Shown here one piece after another: positions 41,601 through 56,040 of a stretch of 64,000 nucleotides of DNA; position 1 is the first letter of the stretch, and each line of letters begins with the position of its first letter. Made by a program: the position numbers and the translations under genes. The notes under the pieces are model-generated. The model worked only from the letters and a program-made list of their open reading frames with translations, was not told where the DNA came from and made no database searches. This DNA comes from Auanema rhodensis (Eukaryota > Animalia > Nematoda), in the NCBI GenBank assembly GCA_964057225.1, contig OZ059900.1, positions 22,320,001 to 22,384,000 of the forward strand, in the 5' to 3' direction.

Positions 41601-44600
41601 TTCAAACTCATGCAATGTCAATGAAACCTAGCTCATAATTGTTCCTACAACGTCTAGTTCCACTTTCACGACAAAAAAACAGGGGTTAGAAAATTAAGGA
41701 AATTAGCATATTCTGAGGGCACGCCTCTTATGGCTAATATTGATTAAATCGATTTTTGTTCATATGAGTCGTCAAATGCAACGAATTTCAGCGTGTTACA
41801 TACTAAAATGAAGCATTTTACATGCTGAACACTATAAAAATACAAAAACACAGTATTTCCCATGAGAAATATTTTATTATGCTGGAAAACCAGTTTTTGG
41901 AAATTTCGCTGTAAACAAGGTTTTGACTTACGATTTCATCTGTTCAAACTCATGCAATGTCAATGAAACCTAGCTCAAAATTGTTCGTACAACGTCTAGT
42001 TCCACTTTCACGACAAAAAAACAGGGGTTAGAAAATTAAGGAAATTAGCATATTCTGAGGGCACGCCCCTTATGGCTAATATTGATTAAATCGATTTTTG
42101 TTCATATGAGTAGTCAAATGCAACGAATTTCAGCGTGTTACATACTAAAATGAAGCATTTTACATGCTGAACACTAGAAAAATACAAAAACACAGTATTT
42201 CCCATGAGAAATATTTTATTATGCTGGAAAACCAGTTTTTGGAAATTTCGCTGTAAACAAGGTTTTGACTTACGATTTCATGTGTTCAAACTCATGCAAT
42301 GTCAATGAAACCTAGCTCAAAATTGTTCGTACAACGTCTAGTTCCACTTTCACGACAAAAAAACAGGGGTTAGAAAATTAAGGAAATTAGCATATTCTGA
42401 GGGCACGCCCCTTATGGCTAATATTGATTAAATCGATTTTTGTTCATATGAGTCGTCAAATGCAACGAATTTCAGCGTGTTACATACTAAAATGAAGCAT
42501 TTTACATGCTGAACACTATAAAAATACAAAAACACAGTATTTCCCATGAGAAATATTTTATTATGCTGGAAAACCAGTTTTTGGAAATTTCGCTGTAAAC
42601 AAGGTTTTGACTTACGATTTCATCTGTTCAAACTCATGCAATGTCAATGAAACCTAGCTCAAAATTGTTCGTACAACGTCTAGTTCCACTTTCACGACAA
42701 AAAAACAGGGGTTAGAAAATTAAGGAAATTAGCATATTCTGAGGGCACGCCCCTTATGGCTAATATTGATTAAATCGATTTTTGTTCATATGAGTAGTCA
42801 AATGCAACGAATTTCAGCGTGTCACATACTAAAATGAAGCATTTTACATGCTGAACATTAGAAAAATACAAAAACACAGTATTTCCCATGAGAAATATTT
42901 TATTATGCTGGAAAACCAGTTTTTGGAAATTTCGCTGTAAACAAGGTTTTGACTTACGATTTCATGTGTTCAAACTCATGCAATGTCAATGAAACCTAGC
43001 TCAAAATTGTTCGTACAACGTCTAGTTCCACTTTCACGACAAAAAAACAGGGGTTAGAAAATTAAGGAAATTAGCATATTCTGAGGGCACGCCCCTTATG
43101 GCTAATATTGATTAAATCGATTTTTGTTCATATGAGTCGTCAAATGCAACGAATTTCAGCGTGTTACATACTAAAATGAAGCATTTTACATGCTGAACAC
43201 TAGAAAAATACAAAAACACAGTATTTCCCATGAGAAATATTTTATTATGCTGGAAAACCAGTTTTTGGAAATTTCGCTGTAAACAAGGTTTTGACTTACG
43301 ATTTCATGTGTTCAAACTCATGCAATGTCAATGAAACCTAGCTCAAAATTGTTCCTACAACGTCTAGTTCCACTTTCACGACAAAAAAACAGGGGTTAGA
43401 AAATTAAGGAAATTAGCATATTCTGAGGGCACGCCCCTTATGGCTAATATTGATTAAATCGATTTTTGTTCATATGAGTCGTCAAATGAAACGAATTTCA
43501 GCGTGTTACATACTAAAATGAAGCATTTTACATGCTGAACACTATAAAAATACAAAAACACAGTATTTCCCATGAGAAATATTTTATTATGCTGGAAAAC
43601 CAGTTTTTGGAAAGTTCGCTGTAAATAAGGTTTTGACATACGATTTCATGTGTTCAAACTCATGCAATGTCAATGAAACCTAGCTCAAAATTGTTCCTAC
43701 AACGTCTAGTTCCACTTTCACGACAAAAAAACAGGGGTTAGAAAATTAAGGAAATTAGCATATTCTGAGGGCACGCCCCTTATGGCTAATATTGATTAAA
43801 TCGATTTTTGTTCATATGAGTCGTCAAATGAAACGAATTTCAGCGTGTTACATACTAAAATGAAGCATTTTACATGCTGAACACTATAAAAATACAAAAA
43901 CACAGTATTTCCCATGAGAAATATTTTATTATGCTGGAAAACCAGTTTTTGGAAATTTCGCTGTAAACAAGGTTTTGACTTACGATTTCATGTGTTCAAA
44001 CTCATGCAATGTCAATGAAACCTAGCTCAAAATTGTTCCTACAACGTCTAGTTCCACTTTCACGACAAAAAAACAGGGGTTAGAAAATTAAGGAAATTAG
44101 CATATTCTGAGGGCACGCCCCTTATGGCTAATATTGATTAAATCGATTTTTGTTCATATGAGTCGTCAAATGAAACGAATTTCAGCGTGTTACATACTAA
44201 AATGAAGCATTTTACATGCTGAACACTATAAAAATACAAAAACACAGTATTTCCCATGAGAAATATTTTATTATGCTGGAAAACCAGTTTTTGGAAAGTT
44301 CGCTGTAAATAAGGTTTTGACATACGATTTCATGTGTTCAAACTCATGCAATGTCAATGAAACCTAGCTCAAAATTGTTCGTACAACGTCTAGTTCCACT
44401 TTCACGACAAAAAAACAGGGGTTAGAAAATTAAGGAAATTAGCATATTCTGAGGGCACGCCCCTTATGGCTAGTATTGATTAAATCGATTTTTGTTCATA
44501 TGAGTCGTCAAATGCAACGAATTTCAGCGTGTTACATACTAAAATGAAGCATTTCACATGCTGAACACTAGAAAAATACAAAAACACAGTATTTCCCATG

Positions 44601-47600
44601 AGAAATATTTTATTATGCTGGAAAACCAGTTTTTGGAAATTTCGCTGTAAACAAGGTTTTGACTTACGATTTCATGTGTTCAAACTCATGCAATGTCAAT
44701 GAAACCTAGCTCAAAATTGTTCCTACAACGTCTAGTTCCACTTTCACGACAAAAAACAGGGGTTAGAAAATTAAGGAAATTAGCATATTCTGAGGGCACG
44801 CCCCTTATGGCTAATATTGATTAAATCGATTTTTGTTCATATGAGTCGTCAAATGCAACGAATTTCAGCGTGTTACATACTAAAATGAAGCATTTTACAT
44901 GCTGAACACTAGAAAAATACAAAAACACAGTATTTCCCATGAGAAATATTTTATTATGCTGGAAAACCAGTTTTTGGAAATTTCGCTGTAAACAAGGTTT
45001 AGACTTACGATTTCATGTGTTCAAACTCATGCAATGTCAATGAAACCTAGCTCAAAATTGTTCCTACAACGTCTAGTTCCACTTTCACGACAAAAAAACA
45101 GGGGTTAGAAAATTAAGGAAATTAGCATATTCTGAGGGCACGCCCCTTATGGCTAATATTGATTAAATCGATTTTTGTTCATATGAGTCGTCAAATGCAA
45201 CGAATTTCAGCGTGTTACATACAATGAAGCATTTCACATGCTGAACACTAGAAAAATACAAAAACACAGTATTTCCCATGAGAAATATTTTATTATGCTG
45301 GAAAACCAGTTTTTGGAAATTTCGCTGTAAACAAGTTTTTGACTTACGATTTCATGTGTTCAAACTCATGCAATGTCAATGAAACCTAGCTCAAAATTGT
45401 TCCTACAACGTCTAGTTCCACTTTCACGACAAAAAAACAGGGGTTAGAAAATTAAGGAAATTAGCATATTCTGAGGGCACGCCTCTTATGGCTAATATTG
45501 ATTAAATCGATTTTTGTTCATATGAGTCGTCAAATGCAACGAATTTCAGCGTGTTACATACTAAAATGAAGCATTTTACATGCTGAACACTATAAAATTA
45601 CAAAAACACAGTATTTCCCATGAGAAATATTTTATTATGCTGGAAAACCAGTTTTTGGAAATTTCGCTGTAAACAAGGTTTTGACTTACGATTTCATGTG
45701 TTCAAACTCATGCAATGTCAATGAAACCTAGCTCAAAATTGTTCCTACAACGTCTAGTTCCACTTTCACGACAAAAAACAGGGGTTAGAAAATTAAGGAA
45801 ATTAGCATATTCTGAGGGCACGCCCCTTATGGCTAATATTGATTAAATCGATTTTTGTTCATATGAGTCGTCAAATGCAACGAATTTCAGCGTGTTACAT
45901 ACTAAAATGAAGCATTTTACATGCTGAACACTAGAAAAATACAAAAACACAGTATTTCCCATGAGAAATATTTTATTATGCTGGAAAACCAGTTTTTGGA
46001 AATTTCGCTGTAAACAAGGTTTTGACTTACGATTTCATGTGTTCAAACTCATGCAATGTCAATGAAACCTAGCTCAAAATTGTTCCTACAACGTCTAGTT
46101 CCACTTTCACGACAAAAAAACAGGGGTTAGAAAATTAAGGAAATTAGCATATTCTGAGGGCACGCCCCTTATGGCTAATATTGATTAAATCGATTTTTGT
46201 TCATATGAGTCGTCAAATGCAACGAATTTCAGCGTGTTACATACTAAAATGAAGCATTTTACATGCTGAACACTAGAAAAATACAAAAACACAGTATTTC
46301 TCATGAGAAATATTTTATTATGCTGGAAAACCAGTTTTTGGAAATTTCGCTGTAAACAAGGTTTTGACTTACGATTTCATGTGTTCAAACTCATGCAATG
46401 TCAATGAAACCTAGCTCAAAATTGTTTGTACAACGTCTAGTTCCACTTTCACGACAAAAAAACAGGGGTTAGAAAATTAAGGAAATTAGCATATTCTGAG
46501 GGCACGCCCCTTATGGCTAATATTGATTAAATCGATTTTTGTTCATATGAGTCGTCAAATGCAACGAATTTCAGCGTGTTACATACTAAAATGAAGCATT
46601 TCACATGCTGAACACTAAAAAAATACAAAAACACAGTATTTCCCATGAGAAATATTTTATTATGCTGGAAAACCAGTTTTTGGAAATTTCGCTGTAAACA
46701 AGTTTTTGACTTACGATTTTATGTGTTCAAACTCATGCAATGTCAATGAAACCTAGCTCATAATTGTTCCTACAACGTCTAGTTCCACTTTCACGACAAA
46801 AAAACAGGGGTTAGAAAATTAAGGAAATTAGCATATTCTGAGGGCACGCCTCTTATGGCTAATATTGATTAAATCGATTTTTGTTCATATGAGTCGTCAA
46901 ATGCAACGAATTTCAGCGTGTTACATACTAAAATGAAGCATTTTACATGCTGAACACTATAAAAATACAAAAACACAGTATTTCCCATGAGAAATATTTT
47001 ATTATGCTGGAAAACCAGTTTTTGGAAATTTCGCTGTAAACAAGGTTTTGACTTACGATTTCATCTGTTCAAACTCATGCAATGTCAATGAAACCTAGCT
47101 CAAAATTGTTCGTACAACGTCTAGTTCCACTTTCACGACAAAAAAACAGGGGTTAGAAAATTAAGGAAATTAGCATATTCTGAGGGCACGCCCCTTATGG
47201 CTAATATTGATTAAATCGATTTTTGTTCATATGAGTAGTCAAATGCAACGAATTTCAGCGTGTCACATACTAAAATGAAGCATTTTACATGCTGAACACT
47301 AGAAAAATACAAAAACACAGTATTTCCCATGAGAAATATTTTAATATGCTGGAAAACCAGTTTTTGGAAATTTCGCTGTAAACAAGGTTTTGACTTACGA
47401 TTTCATGTGTTCAAACTCATGCAATGTCAATGAAACCTAGCTCAAAATTGTTCGTACAACGTCTAGTTCCACTTTCACGACAAAAAAACAGGGGTTAGAA
47501 AATTAAGGAAATTAGCATATTCTGAGGGCACGCCCCTTATGGCTAATATTGATTAAATCGATTTTTGTTCATATGAGTCGTCAAATGCAACGAATTTCAG

Positions 47601-50600
47601 CGTGTTACATACTAAAATGAAGCATTTTACATGCTGAACACTAGAAAAATACAAAAACACAGTATTTCCCATGAGAAATATTTTATTATGCTGGAAAACC
47701 AGTTTTTGGAAATTTCGCTGTAAACAAGGTTTTGACTTACGATTTCATGTGTTCAAACTCATGCAATGTCAATGAAACCTATCTCAAAATTGTTCCTACA
47801 ACGTCTAGTTCCACTTTCACGACAAAAAAACAGGGGTTAGAAAATTAAGGAAATTAGCATATTCTGAGGGCACGCCCCTTATGGCTAATATTGATTAAAT
47901 CGATTTTTGTTCATATGAGTCGTCAAATGAAACGAATTTCAGCGTGTTACATACTAAAATGAAGCATTTTACATGCTGAACACTATAAAAATACAAAAAC
48001 ACAGTATTTCCCATGAGAAATATTTTATTATGCTGGAAAACCAGTTTTTGGAAATTTCGCTGTAAACAAGTTTTTGACTTACGATTTCATGTGTTCAAAC
48101 TCATGCAATGTCAATGAAACCTAGCTCATAATTGTTCCTACAACGTCTAGTTCCACTTTCACGACAAAAAAACAGGGGTTAGAAAATTAAGGAAATTAGC
48201 ATATTCTGAGGGCACGCCTCTTATGGCTAATATTGATTAAATCGATTTTTGTTCATATGAGTCGTCAAATGCAACGAATTTCAGCGTGTTACATACTAAA
48301 ATGAAGCATTTTACATGCTGAACACTATAAAAATACAAAAACACAGTATTTCCCATGAGAAATATTTTATTATGCTGGAAAACCAGTTTTTGGAAATTTC
48401 GCTGTAAACAAGGTTTTGACTTACGATTTCATCTGTTCAAACTCATGCAATGTCAATGAAACCTAGCTCAAAATTGTTCGTACAACGTCTAGTTCCACTT
48501 TCACGACAAAAAAACAGGGGTTAGAAAATTAAGGAAATTAGCATATTCTGAGGGCACGCCCCTTATGGCTAATATTGATTAAATCGATTTTTGTTCATAT
48601 GAGTAGTCAAATGCAACGAATTTCAGCGTGTTACATACTAAAATGAAGCATTTTACATGCTGAACACTAGAAAAATACAAAAACACAGTATTTCCCATGA
48701 GAAATATTTTATTATGCTGGAAAACCAGTTTTTGGAAATTTCGCTGTAAACAAGGTTTTGACTTACGATTTCATGTGTTCAAACTCATGCAATGTCAATG
48801 AAACCTAGCTCAAAATTGTTCGTACAACGTCTAGTTCCACTTTCACGACAAAAAAACAGGGGTTAGAAAATTAAGGAAATTAGCATATTCTGAGGGCACG
48901 CCCCTTATGGCTAATATTGATTAAATCGATTTTTGTTCATATGAGTCGTCAAATGCAACGAATTTCAGCGTGTTACATACTAAAATGAAGCATTTTACAT
49001 GCTGAACACTATAAAAATACAAAAACACAGTATTTCCCATGAGAAATATTTTATTATGCTGGAAAACCAGTTTTTGGAAATTTCGCTGTAAACAAGGTTT
49101 TGACTTACGATTTCATCTGTTCAAACTCATGCAATGTCAATGAAACCTAGCTCAAAATTGTTCGTACAACGTCTAGTTCCACTTTCACGACAAAAAAACA
49201 GGGGTTAGAAAATTAAGGAAATTAGCATATTCTGAGGGCACGCCCCTTATGGCTAATATTGATTAAATCGATTTTTGTTCATATGAGTAGTCAAATGCAA
49301 CGAATTTCAGCGTGTCACATACTAAAATGAAGCATTTTACATGCTGAACATTAGAAAAATACAAAAACACAGTATTTCCCATGAGAAATATTTTATTATG
49401 CTGGAAAACCAGTTTTTGGAAATTTCGCTGTAAACAAGGTTTTGACTTACGATTTCATGTGTTCAAACTCATGCAATGTCAATGAAACCTAGCTCAAAAT
49501 TGTTCGTACAACGTCTAGTTCCACTTTCACGACAAAAAAACAGGGGTTAGAAAATTAAGGAAATTAGCATATTCTGAGGGCACGCCTCTTATGGCTAATA
49601 TTGATTAAATCGATTTTTGTTCATATGAGTCGTCAAATGCAACGAATTTCAGCGTGTTACATACTAAAATGAAGCATTTTACATGCTGAACACTAGAAAA
49701 ATACAAAAACACAGTATTTCCCATGAGAAATATTTTATTATGCTGGAAAACCAGTTTTTGGAAATTTCGCTGTAAACAAGGTTTTGACTTACGATTTCAT
49801 GTGTTCAAACTCATGCAATGTCAATGAAACCTATCTCAAAATTGTTCCTACAACGTCTAGTTCCACTTTCACGACAAAAAAACAGGGGTTAGAAAATTAA
49901 GGAAATTAGCATATTCTGAGGGCAGGCCCCTTATGGCTAATATTGATTAAATCGATTTTTGTTCATATGAGTCGTCAAATGAAACGAATTTCAGCGTGTT
50001 ACATACTAAAATGAAGCATTTTACATGCTGAACACTATAAAAATACAAAAACACAGTATTTCCCATGAGAAATATTTTATTATGCTGGAAAACCAGTTTT
50101 TGGAAATTTCGCTGTAAACAAGTTTTTGACTTACGATTTCATGTGTTGAAACTCATGCAATGTCAATGAAACCTAGCTCATAATTGTTCCTACAACGTCT
50201 AGTTCCACTTTCACGACAAAAAAACAGGGGTTAGAAAATTAAGGAAATTAGCATATTCTGAGGGCACGCCTCTTATGGCTAATATTGATTAAATCGATTT
50301 TTGTTCATATGAGTCGTCAAATGCAACGAATTTCAGCGTGTTACATACTAAAATGAAGCATTTTACATGCTGAACACTATAAAAATACAAAAACACAGTA
50401 TTTCCCATGAGAAATATTTTATTATGCTGGAAAACCAGTTTTTGGAAATTTCGCTGTAAACAAGGTTTTGACTTACGATTTCATCTGTTCAAACTCATGC
50501 AATGTCAATGAAACCTAGCTCAAAATTGTTCGTACAACGTCTAGTTCCACTTTCACGACAAAAAAACAGGGGTTAGAAAATTAAGGAAATTAGCATATTC

Positions 50601-50910
50601 TGAGGGCACGCCCCTTATGGCTAATATTGATTAAATCGATTTTTGTTCATATGAGTAGTCAAATGCAACGAATTTCAGCGTGTTACATACTAAAATGAAG
50701 CATTTTACATGCTGAACACTAGAAAAATACAAAAACACAGTATTTCCCATGAGAAATATTTTATTATGCTGGAAAACCAGTTTTTGGAAATTTCGCTGTA
50801 AACAAGGTTTTGACTTACGATTTCATGTGTTCAAACTCATGCAATGTCAATGAAACCTAGCTCAAAATTGTTCGTACAACGTCTAGTTCCACTTTCACGA
50901 CAAAAAAACA
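26652..50910. repeat. Higher-order repeat domain: a block of about 19-22 monomers present three times, with internal 4- and 5-mer sub-duplications
   Basis: The marker monomer with CTATCTC starts at 33481, 40998 and 47491 (offsets 7517 and 6493 bp), each within the same order of GATTTTA/TCATAAT, CATCTG, GTCAC and TGAAAC monomers. Confidence 0.85.
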
Positions 50911-53900
50911 GGGGTTAGAAAATTAAGGAAATTAGCATATTCTGAGGGCACGCCCCTTATGGCTAATATTGATTAAATCGATTTTTGTTCATATGAGTCG
51001 TCAAATGCAACGAATTTCAGCGTGTTACATACTAAAATGAAGCATTTTACATGCTGAACACTAGAAAAATACAAAAACGCAGTATTTCCCATGAGAAATA
51101 TTTTATTATACTGGAAACCAGTTTTTGGAATTTTCGCTGTAAACAAGGTTTTGACTTACGATTTCATGTGTTCAAACTCATGCAATGTCAATGAAACCTA
51201 GCTCAAAATTGTTCCTACAACGTCTAGTTCCACTTTCACGACAAAAAAACAGGGGTTAGAAAATTAAGGAAATTAGCATATTCTGAGGGCACGCCCTTTA
51301 TGGCTAATATTGATTAAATCGATTTTTGTTCATATGGGTCGTCAAATGCAACGAATTTCAGCGTGTTACATACTAAAATGAAGCATTTTACATGCTGAAC
51401 ACTATAAAAATACAAAAACACAGTATTTCCCATGAGAAATATTTTATTATGCTGGAAAACCAGTTTTTGGAAATTTCGCTGTAAACAAGGTTTTGACTTA
51501 CGATTTCATGTGTTCAAACTCATGCAATGTCAATGAAACCTAGCTCAAAATTGTTCCTACAACGTCTAGTTCCACTTTCACGACAAAAAAACAGGGGTTA
51601 GAAAATTAAGGAAATTAGCATATTCTGAGGGCACGCCCCTTATGGCTAATATTGATTAAATCGATTTTTGTTCATATGAGTAGTCAAATGCAACGAATTT
51701 CAGCGTGTTACATACTAAAATGAAGCATTTTACATGCTGAACACTAGAAAAATACAAAAACACAGTATTTCCCATGAGAAATATTTTATTATGCTGGAAA
51801 ACCAGTTTTTGGAAATTTCGCTGTAAACAAGGTTTTGACTTACGATTTCATGTGTTCAAACTCATGCAATGTCAATGAAACCTAGCTCAAAACTGTTCCT
51901 ACAACGTCTAGTTCCACTTTCACGACAAAAAAACAGGGGTTAGAAAATTAAGGAAATTAGCATATTCTGAGGGCACGCCCCTTATGGCTAATATTGATTA
52001 AATCGATTTTTGTTCATATGAGTCGTCAAATGCAACGAATTTCAGCGTGTTACATACTAAAATGAAGCATTTTACATGCTGAACACTATAAAAATACAAA
52101 AACACAGTATTTCCCATGAGAAATATTTTATTATGCTGGAAAACCAGTTTTTGGAAATTTCGCTGTAAACAAGGTTTTGACTTACGATTTCATGTGTTCA
52201 AACTCATGCAATGTCAATGAAACCTAGCTCATAATTGTTCCTACAACGTCTAGTTCCACTTTCACGACAAAAAAACAGGGGTTAGAAAATTAAGGAAATT
52301 AGCATATTCTGAGGGCACGCCTCTTATGGCTAATATTGATTAAATCGATTTTTGTTCATATGAGTCGTCAAATGCAACGAATTTCAGCGTGTTACATACT
52401 AAAATGAAGCATTTTACATGCTGAACACTATAAAAATACAAAAACACAGTATTTCCCATGAGAAATATTTTATTATGCTGGAAAACCAGTTTTTGGAAAT
52501 TTCGCTGTAAACAAGGTTTTGACTTACGATTTCATGTGTTCAAACTCATGCAATGTCAATGAAACCTAGCTCAAAATTGTTCGTACAACGTCTAGTTCCA
52601 CTTTCACGACAAAAAAACAGGGGTTAGAAAATTAAGGAAATTAGCATATTCTGAGGGCACGCCCCTTATGGCTAATATTGATTAAATCGATTTTTGTTCA
52701 TATGAGTCGTCAAATGCAACGAATTTCAGCGTGTTACATACTAAAATGAAGCATTTTACATGCTGAACACTAAAAAAATACAAAAACACAGTATTTCCCA
52801 TGAGAAATATTTTATTATGCTGGAAAACCAGTTTTTGGAAATTTCGCTGTAAACAAGGTTTTGACTTACGATTTCATGTGTTCAAACTCATGCAATGTCA
52901 ATGAAACCTAGCTCAAAATTGTTCCTACAACGTCTAGTTCCACTTTCACGACAAAAAAACAGGGGTTAGAAAATTAAGGAAATTAGCATATTCTGAGGGC
53001 ACGCCCTTTATGGCTAATATTGATTAAATCGATTTTTGTTCATATGAGTCGTCAAATGCAACGAATTTCAGCGTGTTACATACTAAAATGAAGCATTTTA
53101 CATGCTGAACACTATAAAAATACAAAAACACAGTATTTCCCATGAGAAATATTTTATTATGCTGGAAAACCAGTTTTTGGAAATTTCGCTGTAAACAAGG
53201 TTTTGACTTACGATTTCATGTGTTCAAACTCATGCAATGTCAATGAAACCTAGCTCAAAATTGTTCCTACAACGTCTAGTTCCACTTTCACGACAAAAAA
53301 ACAGGGGTTAGAAAATTAAGGAAATTAGCATATTCTGAGGGCACGCCCTTTATGGCTAATATTGATTAAATCGATTTTTGTTCATATGAGTCGTCAAATG
53401 CAACGAATTTCAGCGTGTTACATACTAAAATGAAGCATTTTACATGCTGAACACTATAAAAATACAAAAACACAGTATTTCCCATGAGAAATATTTTATT
53501 ATGCTGGAAAATCAGTTTTTGGAAATTTCGCTGTAAACAAGGTTTTGACTTACAATTTCATGTGTTCAAACTCATGCAATGTCAATGAAACCTAGCTCAA
53601 AATTGTTCCTACAACGTCTAATTCCACTTTCACGACAAAAAAACAGGGGTTAGAAAATTAAGGAAATTAGCATATTCTGAGGGCACGCCCCTTATGGCTA
53701 ATATTGATTAAATCGATTTTTGTTCATATGAGTCGTGAAATGCAACGAATTTCAGCGTGTTACATACTAAAATGAAGCATTTTACATGCTGAACACTAGA
53801 AAAATACAAAAACACAGTATTTCCCATGAGAAATATTTTATTATGCTGGAAAACCAGTTTTTGGAAATTTCGCTGTAAACAAGGTTTTGACTTACGATTT

Positions 53901-56040
53901 CATGTGTTCAAACTCATGCAATGTCAATGAAACCTAGCTCAAAATTGTTCGTACAACGTCTAGTTCCACTTTCACGACAAAAAAACAGGGGTTAGAAAAT
54001 TAAGGAAGTTAGCATATTCTGAGGGCACGCCCCTTATGGCTAATATTGATTAAATCGATTTTTGTTCATATGAGTCGTCAAATGCAACGAATTTCAGCGT
54101 GTTACATACTAAAATGAAGCATTTTACATGCTGAACACTAGAAAAATACAAAAACACAGTATTTCCCATGAGAAATATTTTATTATGCTGGAAAACCAGT
54201 TTTTGGAAATTTCGCTGTAAACAAGGTTTTGACTTACGATTTCATGTGTTCAAACTCATGCAATGTCAATGAAACCTAGCTCAAAATTGTTCCTACAACG
54301 TCTAGTTCCACTTTCACGACAAAAAAACAGGGGTTAGAAAATTAAGGAAATTAGCATATTCTGAGGGCACGCCCCTTATGGCTAATATTGATTAAATCGA
54401 TTTTTGTTCATATGAGTCGTCAAATGCAACGAATTTCAGCGTGTTACATACTAAAATGAAGCATTTTACATGCTGAACACTAGAAAAATACAAAAACACA
54501 GTATTTCCCATGAGAAATATTTTATTATGCTGGAAAACCAGTTTTTGGAAATTTCGCTGTAAACAAGGTTTTGACTTACGATTTCATGTGTTCAAACTCA
54601 TGCAATGTCAATGAAACCTAGCTGAAAATTGTTCCTACAACGTCTAGTTCCACTTTCACGACAAAAAAACAGGGGATAGAAAATTAAGGAAATTAGCATA
54701 TTCTGAGGGCACGCCCCTTATGGCTAATATTGATTAAATCGATTTTTGTTCATATGAGTCGTCAAATGCAACGAATTTCAGCGTGTTACATACTAAAATG
54801 AAGCATTTTACATGCTGAACACTATAAAAATACAGAAACACAGTATTTCCCATGAGAAATATTTTATTATGCTGGAAAACCAGTTTTTGGAAATTTCGCT
54901 GTAAACAAGGTTTTGACTTACGATTTCATGTGTTCAAACTCATGCAATGTCAATGAAACCTAGCTCAAAATTGTTCGTACAACGTCTAGTTCCACTTTCA
55001 CGACAAAAAAACAGGGGTTAGAAAATTAAGGAAATTAGCATATTCTGAGGGCACGCCCCTTATGGCTAATATTGATTAAATCGATTTTTGTTCATATGAG
55101 TCGTCAAATGCAACGAATTTCAGCGTGTTACATACTAAAATGAAGCATTTTACATGCTGAACACTATAAAAATACAAAAACACAGTATTTCCCATGAGAA
55201 ATATTTTATTATGCTGGAAAACAAGTTTTTGGAAATTTCGCTGTAAACAAGGTTTTGACTTACGATTTCATGTGTTCAAACTCATGCAATGTCAATGAAA
55301 CCTAGCTCAAAATTGTTCGTACAACGTCTAGTTCCACTTTCACGACAAAAAAACAGGGGTTAGAAAATTAAGGAAATTAGCATATTCTGAGGGCACGCCC
55401 CTTATGGCTAATATTGATTAAATCGATTTTTGTTCATATGAGTCGTGAAATGCAACGAATTTCAGCGTGTTACATACTAAAATGAAGCATTTTACATGCT
55501 GAACACTAGAAAAATACAAAAACACAGTATTTCCCATGAGAAATACTTTATTATGCTGGAAAACCAGTTTTTGGAAATTTCGCTGTAAACAAGGTTTTGA
55601 CTTACGATTTCATGTGTTCAAACTCATGCAATGTCAATGAAACCTAGCTCAAAATTGTTCGTACAACGTCTAGTTCCACTTTCACGACAAAAAAACAGGG
55701 GTTAGAAAATTAAGGAAATTAGCATATTCTGAGGGCACGCCCCTTATGGCTAATATTGATTAAATCGATTTTTGTTCATATGAGTAGTCAAATGCAACGA
55801 ATTTCAGCGTGTTACATACTAAAATGAAGCATTTTACATGCTGAACACTAGAAAAATACAAAAACACAGTATTTCCCATGAGAAATATTTTATTATGCTG
55901 GAAAACCAGTTTTTGGAAATTTCGCTGTAAACAAGGTTTTGACTTACGATTTCATGTGTTCAAACTCATGCATTGTCAATGAAACCTAGCTCAAAACTGT
56001 TCCTACAACGTCTAGTTCCACTTTCACGACAAAAAAAACA

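Noticed and set aside
8535-44323. Nine 61-69 aa minus-strand ORFs in the ORF track
   Set aside because: All lie in the same frame of the satellite monomer and cross the length cutoff only where a SNP creates an ATG (GACATA) or removes a stop (GATTGAA, TTCGTCTG). The consensus frame has multiple stops per monomer and no recognisable protein features.
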